This document shows positions 8,711 to 16,953 of a DNA stretch of 60,170 nucleotides, piece after piece. The notes under the pieces were generated by a model. That model did no database searches, was not told the origin of the DNA, and saw nothing but the letters and a program-made list of their open reading frames with translations. This stretch comes from Nanobdellota archaeon (GTDB taxonomy: Archaea > Nanobdellota > Nanobdellia > Pacearchaeales > GW2011-AR1), in NCBI GenBank assembly GCA_018816335.1, contig JAHIVP010000024.1, positions 1 through 60,170 of the forward strand, read 5' to 3'. Position 1 is the first letter of the stretch. Each line of letters starts with the position of its first letter. The position numbers were made by a program, and so were the translations under genes.

Positions 8711-9816
8711 AGATCTAATTCTCTTAAAATATCATCTTTTTTAAAGGGTTTGAGGTCTTCGTAGTTTTGTCCTGTTCCCAAGAATAAGATTGGTTTGTTG
8801 ATTGCATTTGATACTGAGATTGCTACTCCACCTTTTTCATCAATATCTGCTTTGCTTAGAATTACTCCATCAATTCCTACTGCTTCATTAAATGTTTTTG
8901 CTTGTTCTATTACATCTGAACCTGTTGTTGATTCTCCTACAAAAACTTTTAGATCTGGTTTTGTGACTCTTACTATTTTTTCCATTTCTCTCATTAAATC
9001 GTTTTTTGTGTGCATTCTTCCTGCTGTATCTATTAAAACAGCGTCGATATTATTGGATTTAGCGTGTTTTATTGCATCAAAGGCTACTGCTGCTGGATCT
9101 GCTCCATAATCATGTTTTACTACTTTTATTCCAAGTTTAGAAGCGTGTTTTGAGATTTGTTCAATTGAAGCTGCTCTAAATGTGTCTGATGCTGCTAAGA
9201 CAGATGTTAGATTATTAGTTTTAAGATAATTAGCTAGTTTTGCAATTGAAGTTGTTTTTCCGCTTCCATTAATTCCAAAAAATAAAATTACAAATGGTTT
9301 TTTTGATTGAATTTTTTTAATTAAGTCTTCTTCTGGTTCTTGTAAAACATTGTATATTGCGTTTTTTAGAGCTAGTGAGATTGTGTGTTCTACATCAGAC
9401 TTGCTTACTTCTTTATTTATTAATTCTTTTTTTAGTTCTTCTTTAATTTTATCTATTGTTATAATTGGAACATTATTTTCTAGTAAAATTAATTCTAGTT
9501 GGTCAAATATTTCATTAAAATATTCATCGGTTATTTTATATTTTCCTACAATTGATTCTTTTATTCTACTAAAGAAGCCTTTTTTTTCAGGAGTTTGTTG
9601 TATTTCTTCTTGAACTTGTTTTGTAGGTATTTGTTCTTCTTTTTCTGTTATTTTTTGAGGTGTTATTGGTGGGGAGGTTGTGGTTTGTTTAGATAGCTTT
9701 TTCTTGGCTTTTTCTTTTATTGGAGCTTCGACTTTGATTTCTTTTGTTTTTTCCTCAACTTTGTCTTTTGAGGATTTTACCCAAGATTTTATTTTTTCTT
9801 TTAAAAATTTGAACAT
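8707..9816 (-). CDS. ftsY: SRP receptor FtsY
   Basis: NG domain with GINGSGKTTSIAKLA, DTAGRMH and LSKADIDEKGG. The N-terminal region is rich in Lys/Glu/Pro/Thr. Confidence 0.9.
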   Translation of the reverse strand: MFKFLKEKIKSWVKSSKDKVEEKTKEIKVEAPIKEKAKKKLSKQTTTSPPITPQKITEKEEQIPTKQVQEEIQQTPEKKGFFSRIKESIVGKYKITDEYFNEIFDQLELILLENNVPIITIDKIKEELKKELINKEVSKSDVEHTISLALKNAIYNVLQEPEEDLIKKIQSKKPFVILFFGINGSGKTTSIAKLANYLKTNNLTSVLAASDTFRAASIEQISKHASKLGIKVVKHDYGADPAAVAFDAIKHAKSNNIDAVLIDTAGRMHTKNDLMREMEKIVRVTKPDLKVFVGESTTGSDVIEQAKTFNEAVGIDGVILSKADIDEKGGVAISVSNAINKPILFLGTGQNYEDLKPFKKDDILRELDL

Positions 9817-9915
9817 TTTCTTATATCTTATATTAGAAATAGGTTGTTTTTAAGGCTTTTTAGAATATATTTTCTAGGATAATAATACTTATAACTATAG
9901 TAATTATTTAATTTT

Positions 9916-10341
9916 ATGGATAGATTTAATTTGTCAGAATTAGGTTTGTTGCTTAGGTCTGTTGAAGGATTTAGTAGGTTGAGTGAGGAATTATTAAGAG
10001 TTACTCATGTTAGGGGTACTGCACAAAAAGATATTCCTGTTATTCGTGGAGTTTCATTGACTTTGCAGGTTGATGAATCTGGGGGGTTTGGTTTGGAGGA
10101 TACAGAAGTGAGGGGTGGAGCAGAATATAGTTTTGCTGGAAATCCAGCATATATGGAAGCTGCTGAGACTGTTGCCAACCATTTTTCTGTCGGATTTGGA
10201 GGACAAAATAATTGCCAGTATTTTTTATTTAAACCTAAAACTCTTAATGATTTAAGATTAGGTATTCCAAGAGTTGCTGATGCTCAACAATATTTTGGAG
10301 AAAGAATGGAAAAAGAAGCAGCTAGGATTTCTGGAGTTTAG
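9916..10341 (+). CDS. Lys-poor orphan protein D (141 aa)
   Basis: ATG ORF between the divergent FtsY start and apgM. Rich in Gly/Arg/Glu/Val. No family recognised. Confidence 0.6.
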   Translation: MDRFNLSELGLLLRSVEGFSRLSEELLRVTHVRGTAQKDIPVIRGVSLTLQVDESGGFGLEDTEVRGGAEYSFAGNPAYMEAAETVANHFSVGFGGQNNCQYFLFKPKTLNDLRLGIPRVADAQQYFGERMEKEAARISGV

Positions 10342-10346
10342 GGAAG

Positions 10347-10357
10347 TTTTTTATATT
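10347..10357 (+). promoter_or_regulatory. TATA-box-like element upstream of apgM
   Basis: ttttttatatt lies 20-30 nt upstream of the ATG at 10377. Confidence 0.4.
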
Positions 10358-10376
10358 GTAAATTAGTATATATTCT

Positions 10377-11609
10377 ATGAAAGGGGTGTTTGTTTTAATT
10401 GATGGGTTGGGAGATATTCCACATAAAAAGTTGGGATGGCAGACTCCGTTGGAAGCTGCGAATACTCCGAATCTTGATGCTTTAGCTAGGCATAGTCGTC
10501 TTGGTGTTATGTTTTCTGTTAAAGAGAAGTTTATTCCTGGTACAAGTGATGCTGTTGTTTCTATTTTTGGAGAAGATTATGAAAAATATCCTCGGGGGTG
10601 GTTGGAGGCTATGGGTGTTGGGTTAAATATTAAAAAAGGAGATTTAGTTTTTCGAACTAATTTTGGAACTGTTGATGATATGAGGCATAGGAGAGTTATT
10701 GATAGGAGAGCAGGAAGAACATTATCAACAAAAGAAGCTACTAAATTAGCAGATGCGATTAATAAGGAAGTTAAACTTGATTGTAATTTTCTTTTTAAGA
10801 ATACATTACAACATAGAGGGGTTTTAGTTTTCAAAGGAAATTTTTCAGATAAATTAACAGGAAGTGATCCTGAATATAATAAAGGAAGTAATAAGTTTTT
10901 ATTTTCTAGACCTTTGGATAAAAATAAATTATCTAAAAAATCTTCAAAAATATCAAATGATTTTTTAGTTCAGAGTTTTGGAGTTTTGGAAGATCATGTA
11001 GTAAATGAAACAAGAAGAAAGAGAGGATTTTTTCCAGCAAATATTATTTTAAGTAGAGCTCCTGGAATTTATATTAAGAAGCTTAAGAAGTTTAATGATT
11101 GGGCTTGTACAACAGAGGTTCCTGTTATGAAAGGAATTTGTAATAGTTTAGGAATTAATCTTTTTGGTTATAAACATCCAACTTTTAAAGGACATGATGC
11201 GTATTCAAATTTTAATAAGAATTTGAAACTTACAATTAAGAAGTCTATAAAGATGATTAAAAAAAATAAGGATAAGTTTGATTATTTTTTTATTTATCTT
11301 AAAGAGACAGATGCTGCTGGACATGATAATAAGCCTGTTGAGAAAATGAAAATGGTTGAGTTGATTGATAAAAAGTTAATGAAGTTTTTGACAAAATTTG
11401 TTAAGGAAGGGGTTAAGATTGTTGTTACTGCTGATCATTCTACTCCGTGTGATTTAAAGGCTCATTCTTCTGCTCCTGTTCCACTTATGGTATTTGATCC
11501 TTTTGGTAAGAAAGTTGATGAGATGAATTTTTCTGAGAGAAATTGTAAAAAAGGAAGTTTGAATAAAGTTTTAGGAAAGAATTTATTGAAGAAAGTTGGG
11601 TTTAGGTAG
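10377..11609 (+). CDS. apgM: cofactor-independent phosphoglycerate mutase, archaeal ApgM type
   Basis: N-terminal VLIDGLGD, TDAAGHD and C-terminal TADHSTP metal-site motifs of the alkaline-phosphatase superfamily. About 410 aa. Confidence 0.8.
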   Translation: MKGVFVLIDGLGDIPHKKLGWQTPLEAANTPNLDALARHSRLGVMFSVKEKFIPGTSDAVVSIFGEDYEKYPRGWLEAMGVGLNIKKGDLVFRTNFGTVDDMRHRRVIDRRAGRTLSTKEATKLADAINKEVKLDCNFLFKNTLQHRGVLVFKGNFSDKLTGSDPEYNKGSNKFLFSRPLDKNKLSKKSSKISNDFLVQSFGVLEDHVVNETRRKRGFFPANIILSRAPGIYIKKLKKFNDWACTTEVPVMKGICNSLGINLFGYKHPTFKGHDAYSNFNKNLKLTIKKSIKMIKKNKDKFDYFFIYLKETDAAGHDNKPVEKMKMVELIDKKLMKFLTKFVKEGVKIVVTADHSTPCDLKAHSSAPVPLMVFDPFGKKVDEMNFSERNCKKGSLNKVLGKNLLKKVGFR

Positions 11610-11611
11610 TT

Positions 11612-11621
11612 ATATATATCT
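11612..11621 (+). promoter_or_regulatory. TATA-box-like element upstream of orphan E
   Basis: ttatatatat lies 19-28 nt upstream of the ATG at 11640. Confidence 0.35.
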
Positions 11622-11639
11622 GTGGAAGTTGTGTTTTTT

Positions 11640-11858
11640 ATGTCTACTGATGGAAGGTATAGAGAAATGTATAGACAAGTAAATGATTCTGGGAGTATGG
11701 GAGAGACTGTTAGAAGATTAAGAGCTAGAAGATTATTGATGGCTGAAGAGAGAACTGTTGAAACAGAAGAGCCCTTTCCATTTGATAATGTTGATACAGG
11801 ACATGCAGGAAATGGACATACTTATGTGAGAGTTAATGGTCACTTTCATCGTGTATAA
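11640..11858 (+). CDS. Lys-poor orphan protein E (72 aa)
   Basis: The tracked ORF starts at a GTG (11622). The first ATG (MSTDGRY..) has the usual TATA spacing. Rich in Arg/Glu/Gly/His. Confidence 0.45.
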   Translation: MSTDGRYREMYRQVNDSGSMGETVRRLRARRLLMAEERTVETEEPFPFDNVDTGHAGNGHTYVRVNGHFHRV

Positions 11859-11980
11859 TTTGATATCTTTCTTGTAGAACAATAATGCCAGACAACTACG
11901 TTTTCTGGCGCACTTTCCTTTTAGAAACTTATTGTGCAGAGCACAATAATCATTAAATACATGAATATGTCTTAGGGATT

Positions 11981-12538
11981 ATGATAACTTATAATGATTT
12001 ATATGAGGCATTGAGAAAAGAGAGATATAGTGAGCAGTTGCAGAATTTGCCTAAGGATTACATTTCTCAGATTGGAGCTTATCTTAATGATAAGAAGAAG
12101 ATGGCTGAGAAAGAGGATGATTTGTTTTCTGATGCAATTATTAAGACGAAGAAGCAGTTAGAGAATGCTGTTTCAATTTTTAAGGAATTGATTTTGAGAA
12201 GAAAGAAAAAGTTGTTGAATTTGGCTTTTATTGCTACTGAAACTGGGATTAGTAAGAGAGATTATGAGAATATGTTGGATTTTGAGAAAAAGATGTTTGA
12301 TAAGATTATGAGTTCTATGGATGAATCAGAGAAGGATCTTTCTGGAATATTAAGTTCTAATGGTGGGAAGAGTGTTAAGAAAAATAAGATGGTTTTGTTT
12401 AAGGAAGAGATGACTGAGCTTATGGGTTCTAATGGGAATAAGGTTGGGCCTTTTGAGAAAGGAGAGGTTGCTAATTTACCTTCTGAAATTGTAGATATTC
12501 TTAAGGAGTCTGGGAAGGTTGAGTTGATTGATGAGTGA
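11981..12538 (+). CDS. GINS subunit (Gins51-like)
   Basis: Helical N-domain (LYEALRKERYSEQLQNLPKDY..R.KK.L) plus a C-terminal small domain. The pattern VLFKEEM..L.G.NGNKVGPFEKGEVANLPSEIVDILKESGKVELI is typical of archaeal Gins51. Confidence 0.5.
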   Translation: MITYNDLYEALRKERYSEQLQNLPKDYISQIGAYLNDKKKMAEKEDDLFSDAIIKTKKQLENAVSIFKELILRRKKKLLNLAFIATETGISKRDYENMLDFEKKMFDKIMSSMDESEKDLSGILSSNGGKSVKKNKMVLFKEEMTELMGSNGNKVGPFEKGEVANLPSEIVDILKESGKVELIDE

Positions 12539-12580
12539 ATAAGCAAAACTTTAAATACAAATTTATATAATTTAAATCAA

Positions 12581-12683
12581 GCCTCCGTAGCTCAGTGGTA
12601 GAGCAATTGCCTTGTATGTGACTAAGGCTGAAATTAGTCAAAAAGAGAGCAATAGGTCGCAGGTTCAAATCCTGCCGGGGGCT
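12581..12683 (+). tRNA. tRNA-Thr (anticodon TGT) with an intron of ~31 nt after position 37
   Basis: Acceptor GCCTCCG/CGGGGGC, D arm GCTC-AGTGGTA-GAGC, anticodon stem ATTGC...GCAAT. The intron contains the helix GACTAA/TTAGTC. T arm GCAGG-TTCAAAT-CCTGC. Confidence 0.8.
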
Positions 12684-12707
12684 TATATTGTTTATTAGAA
12701 TAAGTAA

Positions 12708-13415
12708 TTATTTCTTCTCTTCTTTTTTTGTTGTCTTTTTCTTTACTTCTTTTTTCTCTTCTTTTTCTGGTTTGTCTTCTTTTTCTTTTTTTGGCTTTTT
12801 TTCTTCTTTCTCAGGTTTGTCTTCTTTTGAATCTATTTTCTCTTCTTTTTCTGGCTTGTCTTCTTTTGGTTTTATTTCCTTTCTGATTTGTGTTTTTTCT
12901 TTAACTATTGCTTGTCTAATTTCACAAAATCCTAGAGGATATATTTTTTTTAATTTTAAGCTTAGTGTTTTTTGTAATTTTCCTGTAAGTATATCTCCCA
13001 TAATTTCATCTGTTTTTTTATCTCCACAATATTCTTTAAGATATTTTTGACTGTTATTTCTTAATCCTGTTTTTACTTTTCTTGAAACTCTTTTTCTTGT
13101 TATTAAAAATGGTTTTAGTAATATATTTCCGTCTTGAGTATTTGCTAAAAATGAGTCTTCAATATTATCTGTTGATTTTCTTATAGACCTTCTGATGTAA
13201 TAAGGCATTAATATTAATTTTGTAACTTCTCCTTCTGGTTTTTCTGTATCAATTCTAACTTTAAATGTTCCTTCAAGACTTCTTCCTTTAAGAGCTCTTG
13301 TTAAATCTAGTTTTATTGTTTGGCCTTTTAAATTTTCTTTAGTTGTAGATAATATTTTTAATGTTTTACTAAGTAAAGGTATTTCAATTTCAAAGAATTT
13401 TTTTCTTATGGCCAT
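12708..13415 (-). CDS. rps3ae: ribosomal protein S3Ae (eS1) with a Lys/Glu-rich repetitive C-terminal tail
   Basis: MAIRKKFFEIEIPLL...GRSLEGTFKVRID.. is the S3Ae core. The tail holds three EDKPEKEEK repeats encoded at ~12740-12880. Confidence 0.85.
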   Translation of the reverse strand: MAIRKKFFEIEIPLLSKTLKILSTTKENLKGQTIKLDLTRALKGRSLEGTFKVRIDTEKPEGEVTKLILMPYYIRRSIRKSTDNIEDSFLANTQDGNILLKPFLITRKRVSRKVKTGLRNNSQKYLKEYCGDKKTDEIMGDILTGKLQKTLSLKLKKIYPLGFCEIRQAIVKEKTQIRKEIKPKEDKPEKEEKIDSKEDKPEKEEKKPKKEKEDKPEKEEKKEVKKKTTKKEEKK

Positions 13416-13726
13416 TATTCTATCATTATCTTGCTAACTCTTTTTGAATGTTTAGCTTGTTTAGATTTTTTACATTCTTGACATTTATATATTAGAACAT
13501 TTCTTTTTGTTGATTTTGTTTTTCTTTTCCATTTTGATGCTGCTGGTTTACTTCCACCTTTTGGTTTGTTACCCATTCCAGGATTTACTCCTCTTAATTT
13601 ACCTCTTGCGATTGAACCTCTTGCTAGTGTTCTTCTTTTTCCTCCAGTGGACATTAAAGTAACTTTTTGTTCTGTTCTTTTCTTACAATATGGACAGTAT
13701 CTTGTTTGTTTTTTTGGAACTTTCAT
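13415..13726 (-). CDS. rpl44e: ribosomal protein L44e (eL42)
   Basis: MKVPKKQTRYCPYCKKRTEQKV...YKCQECKKS shows the C4 zinc-ribbon pattern of L44e. Confidence 0.85.
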   Translation of the reverse strand: MKVPKKQTRYCPYCKKRTEQKVTLMSTGGKRRTLARGSIARGKLRGVNPGMGNKPKGGSKPAASKWKRKTKSTKRNVLIYKCQECKKSKQAKHSKRVSKIMIE

Positions 13727-13845
13727 TTTTCTGTAATTAGGTTTAATGTTTTTGGTTTTTAAAGTTTGTGTTTGTATGGACTGGTAGTTATTTTTATAAA
13801 TGCTTTTAATTTATTAGTTACATCCTATATATTATTTTTATGTTT

Positions 13846-13913
13846 GGGTTTTTATCCCACCCTCCACACCCTATTACCAGCAACTTCGTTGCTGGATATA
13901 TTATGAAAAACCC
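13846..13913 (+). repeat. PAL-C variant with an extra inner hairpin
   Basis: Outer arms gggttttt/aaaaaccc, C-tract tcccaccctccacaccct, and an inner hairpin ccagcaa-cttcgt-ttgctgg. It lies upstream of the L44e start. Confidence 0.6.
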
Positions 13914-13955
13914 AAACTGAATTAATTTGAGATATAGTCTAATTTAGTTTAGAAA

Positions 13956-14234
13956 ATGGAACAAAGAGTTAAGTTTAGAAAAGGAGAACAAAGGAAATTT
14001 ATTAAGTTAGTTTTAGATAAAATTTTAGCTCCTTCGTTGAGGTCTTTGAGAAATTTTGGTATTGATGTTAGTTATTCTACTCTTAAAAATTATTATCAAG
14101 AGAAAAATTTAATGTCTTTGGGATTAGTTAGGGATTTGTGTGGTTTGAGTGGGATTAGATTTGATTCTTTAGGTGTGGAGATTTTAGGTGGGGGGTGGGG
14201 GCAGGTTAAAGGTGGGAAAAAGTCTAAGAGGTGA
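13956..14234 (+). CDS. hypothetical small basic protein
   Basis: 92-aa ATG ORF with host-like composition. No family recognised. Confidence 0.4.
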   Translation: MEQRVKFRKGEQRKFIKLVLDKILAPSLRSLRNFGIDVSYSTLKNYYQEKNLMSLGLVRDLCGLSGIRFDSLGVEILGGGWGQVKGGKKSKR

Positions 14235-14371
14235 TTATTGTTTTATTGCTGTTATATGTTTTTTTATAAAATAAAAAACAAGCCAAAACTGCAAGTGGTT
14301 TTTCTAAAAGAAAAATTGGTGTAGAGTTGATTTTTGGACACATTTTTAAAATACTATAACCTTCTAATTTT

Positions 14372-14794
14372 ATGGATAATATATTTATGAAGTTGGCGAT
14401 TGAAGAAGCAAAAAAATCTTCAGAACCTTTAAAATGTGGAGTAGTTATTGTTAAGGGTGAGCAAGTTATTGCTAAGGCTTATAATTCTCAGAGAAATTCA
14501 AATAATGCATCGGCACATGCTGAAATCAATGCAATTAAAATGGCTGGAGAAAATATAGGTAATAAGAACTTGGAGAGATGTTCAATCTATTGTACTTGCG
14601 AACCCTGTATTATGTGTTTATCTGCTATAGCTTTTGCCAAGATTGGTAGATTGGTATACGGTTTATCCTTAAATGATGTTACTCCTCCTGAGAAAATGAT
14701 TAATATAGATATTAATGAGTTTTTGGCAAAAGCGCCTAATAAATTTAAGGTTCTGGGAAACTTTATGAAAGAGGAGTGTAGCCAACTTCTTTAG
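14372..14794 (+). CDS. CMP/dCMP-type zinc deaminase (TadA / nucleoside deaminase-like)
   Basis: HAEINAI and PCIMC zinc-ligand motifs of the cytidine-deaminase fold. Confidence 0.75.
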   Translation: MDNIFMKLAIEEAKKSSEPLKCGVVIVKGEQVIAKAYNSQRNSNNASAHAEINAIKMAGENIGNKNLERCSIYCTCEPCIMCLSAIAFAKIGRLVYGLSLNDVTPPEKMINIDINEFLAKAPNKFKVLGNFMKEECSQLL

Positions 14795-15077
14795 ACCAAA
14801 AATCTATTGCGATGAACATCGGGGATAAGGGAAGTTGGATTTTTGAGAGTGGAGCGGAACCTCACAGGCTCGAGCTGGAAGAAGAATTTGGGTGGAGAAG
14901 TCAGCAGGACTTCGGAACTCTTTATCGCTGTTATGTGTTTTTTCTGCAAGAAAAAATGACGACTGAAAGGAGGCACAGTATGACGCAGGTCAGCCCCGTA
15001 TTATAATAAGGTTTAAAAGATACAACAAATTTCCAAAATATATAAGATTTTAGAATAAATCAATATAAGGAGATATC

Positions 15078-15896
15078 ATGATAAGCGTAATTACACCATG
15101 TTTGAACATCTGTAAGGATGGTCGACTTGAGTACTTCGAGAAGATGATGGAAAGTATTCATAATCAAACTTGGACTGATTTAGAACATCTGGTGATTGAT
15201 GGAGGTTCAACAGATGGAACTATTGAAATATTAAAACAGTATCAAATCAAAGGATGGATAAATCATCTTGTTTCAGAAAAAGATTCTGGACTTTATTCTG
15301 CAATGAATAAAGGAATAAGGGCGTCTCATGGAGAATATATTCATATAATGAATACAGATGATTTTTTTCTTGATTTAGATTATTTTAAAAGAAGCATGGA
15401 AGTTTTAGAAGATGGAGAATATGATTTTACTCATGCTGATAGAGTTATTAAATCAAGAAAAGGAAAACCAGATAAGGTTAAAAAAGGTGACGAAAGAGTT
15501 GCATTTTTTAGAATGCCCTTTCGACATCAAACAATGATTGTTAGTAGGGATGTATTTGATGAAGTGGGAATGTTTGATGAAACTTATCAAATAGCAGCTG
15601 ATTATAAATTTGTTTTACAAATGTTATTAGCTGGAAGAAAGGGATCTCATTTTCCTGAAACAGTTTTATGTTCTTTAGATGGTGGAGCTTCTTCAAATCG
15701 AGAAAAATGCATTCAAGAAGTGAGTCAAGTAATCTTTGAGACATATGGTCATAGAAATGGTTTAACGCATGATGATTGTGGGGCAATCTATCGGAGAATG
15801 ATATCTCCTGAACTTAATTCTAAAATCTTATCAAATGTAAGAGAACAGAGAATAATTGATTCTTTGGAAATTTGTTATCAACAGAGTAATCCTTAA
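15078..15896 (+). CDS. family-2 glycosyltransferase
   Basis: ISVITPCLN..., VIDGGSTDGT and MNTDD (DxD-like) are GT-A fold motifs. Codon style (more C- and A-ending codons) differs from neighbouring + strand genes. Confidence 0.8.
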   Translation: MISVITPCLNICKDGRLEYFEKMMESIHNQTWTDLEHLVIDGGSTDGTIEILKQYQIKGWINHLVSEKDSGLYSAMNKGIRASHGEYIHIMNTDDFFLDLDYFKRSMEVLEDGEYDFTHADRVIKSRKGKPDKVKKGDERVAFFRMPFRHQTMIVSRDVFDEVGMFDETYQIAADYKFVLQMLLAGRKGSHFPETVLCSLDGGASSNREKCIQEVSQVIFETYGHRNGLTHDDCGAIYRRMISPELNSKILSNVREQRIIDSLEICYQQSNP

Positions 15897-15999
15897 GGGG
15901 CTGACCGAGTAATATTGCACATAACATAATCATAACACTAGTTTATTAGTGTTATGATACTACTGAGGGATTTTAATAATAGTTTATCATAACTTTTGA

Positions 16000-16572
16000 T
16001 TATCTTTTTTCAGCAGTTATCCTCATAAAAAAAGGATGAGATGATGTGTTTGTAATTTTAAAACCTTGTTTTTTTAACATTTTTATTATAACTGATTGAG
16101 GTTCTGTTCTTTCATATATGTCTCCTATTAGTTTTGGAATTCTGCTTTTGAAAACCCATGAACGAACATCAACTAAATAAAAAGTCCCTTGTTTTTTTAA
16201 GACTCTATAAACTTCTGAGAAAACTTTTTCATAAGGAGGGATGTGGTGGAGGACATTTATTGAATAAGCTGCATCAAATGAATTATTTTTGAATGGAAGT
16301 TTTGTAGCATCAACTATTTTGAAAGTGGCATTTTTTATATTTTCTTTAGCGTGTTTAATTTGTTTTTTATCTAAATCTATTGCTGTTATTTTTGCTTTAT
16401 CTGCTAATTTTTTTGTCATCTCTCCGCTTCCACATCCGACTTCGAGAATTTTATTTTTCTTTTTTAATTTTGATTTAAGTGCTTGAATAAGTGTATTATA
16501 ATTTGAGTTTGCACTAAATGGGCCTATTATTTTGTTTACAAAAAATCTTTCAACTTTATTCATTTCTGCCAT
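16000..16572 (-). CDS. class I SAM-dependent methyltransferase
   Basis: Motif I ILEVGCGSG and the acidic loop AIDLD. Size and layout fit the Methyltransf_11 type. Confidence 0.8.
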   Translation of the reverse strand: MAEMNKVERFFVNKIIGPFSANSNYNTLIQALKSKLKKKNKILEVGCGSGEMTKKLADKAKITAIDLDKKQIKHAKENIKNATFKIVDATKLPFKNNSFDAAYSINVLHHIPPYEKVFSEVYRVLKKQGTFYLVDVRSWVFKSRIPKLIGDIYERTEPQSVIIKMLKKQGFKITNTSSHPFFMRITAEKR

Positions 16573-16585
16573 TTTTATTATGTTA

Positions 16586-16657
16586 TGGGCCTGCGCAGAA
16601 TTGAACTGCGGATCTTGTCCACGTCAAGGACACGTCATACCACTTGACCACAAGCCC
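16586..16657 (-). tRNA. tRNA-Val (anticodon GAC)
   Basis: Reverse complement gggcttgtggtcaagtggtatgacgtgtccttgacgtggacaagatccgcagttcaattctgcgcaggccca folds as a cloverleaf: anticodon stem TGTCC/GGACA, loop TTGACGT. Confidence 0.85.
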
Positions 16658-16709
16658 TTAAATTATCTAAATTAATAATGTTTATATATTTGGTGATATT
16701 ATTTGTTAT

Positions 16710-16916
16710 ATGAATCTTAAAGGTAAATTAATTAGTTTTAAAGAAGGAGAAGCTAGAGATAGATGGATGAAAGCAGTTTCTCAAATGAGGAGAGCTGTTG
16801 ATGCTGAGGAACAAAGAAGAGATGCAGGTAGGGAAGCTGCACGTTATGATGCTCAAGATGCAAGAAAAAAACATGTTTATGAAGAAGCAAGAAAATTAAG
16901 AAAACAATTAGCTTGA
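16710..16916 (+). CDS. Lys-poor orphan protein F (68 aa, Arg/Glu/Ala-rich, likely helical)
   Basis: ATG ORF with a TATA-like tract upstream. Short, so coding status is uncertain. Confidence 0.4.
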   Translation: MNLKGKLISFKEGEARDRWMKAVSQMRRAVDAEEQRRDAGREAARYDAQDARKKHVYEEARKLRKQLA

Positions 16917-16953
16917 TTATTATTCTAATAATATTTATATATACACTATTCGT

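Noticed and set aside
14812-15006. 64-aa ORF (with an antisense 61-aa ORF at 14791..14976) in the GC-rich leader upstream of the GT2 gene
   Set aside because: Both strands are open over the same GC-rich stretch and there is no TATA-like element or recognisable protein features. I treat it as an unexplained non-coding or relic segment (see findings) rather than a gene.
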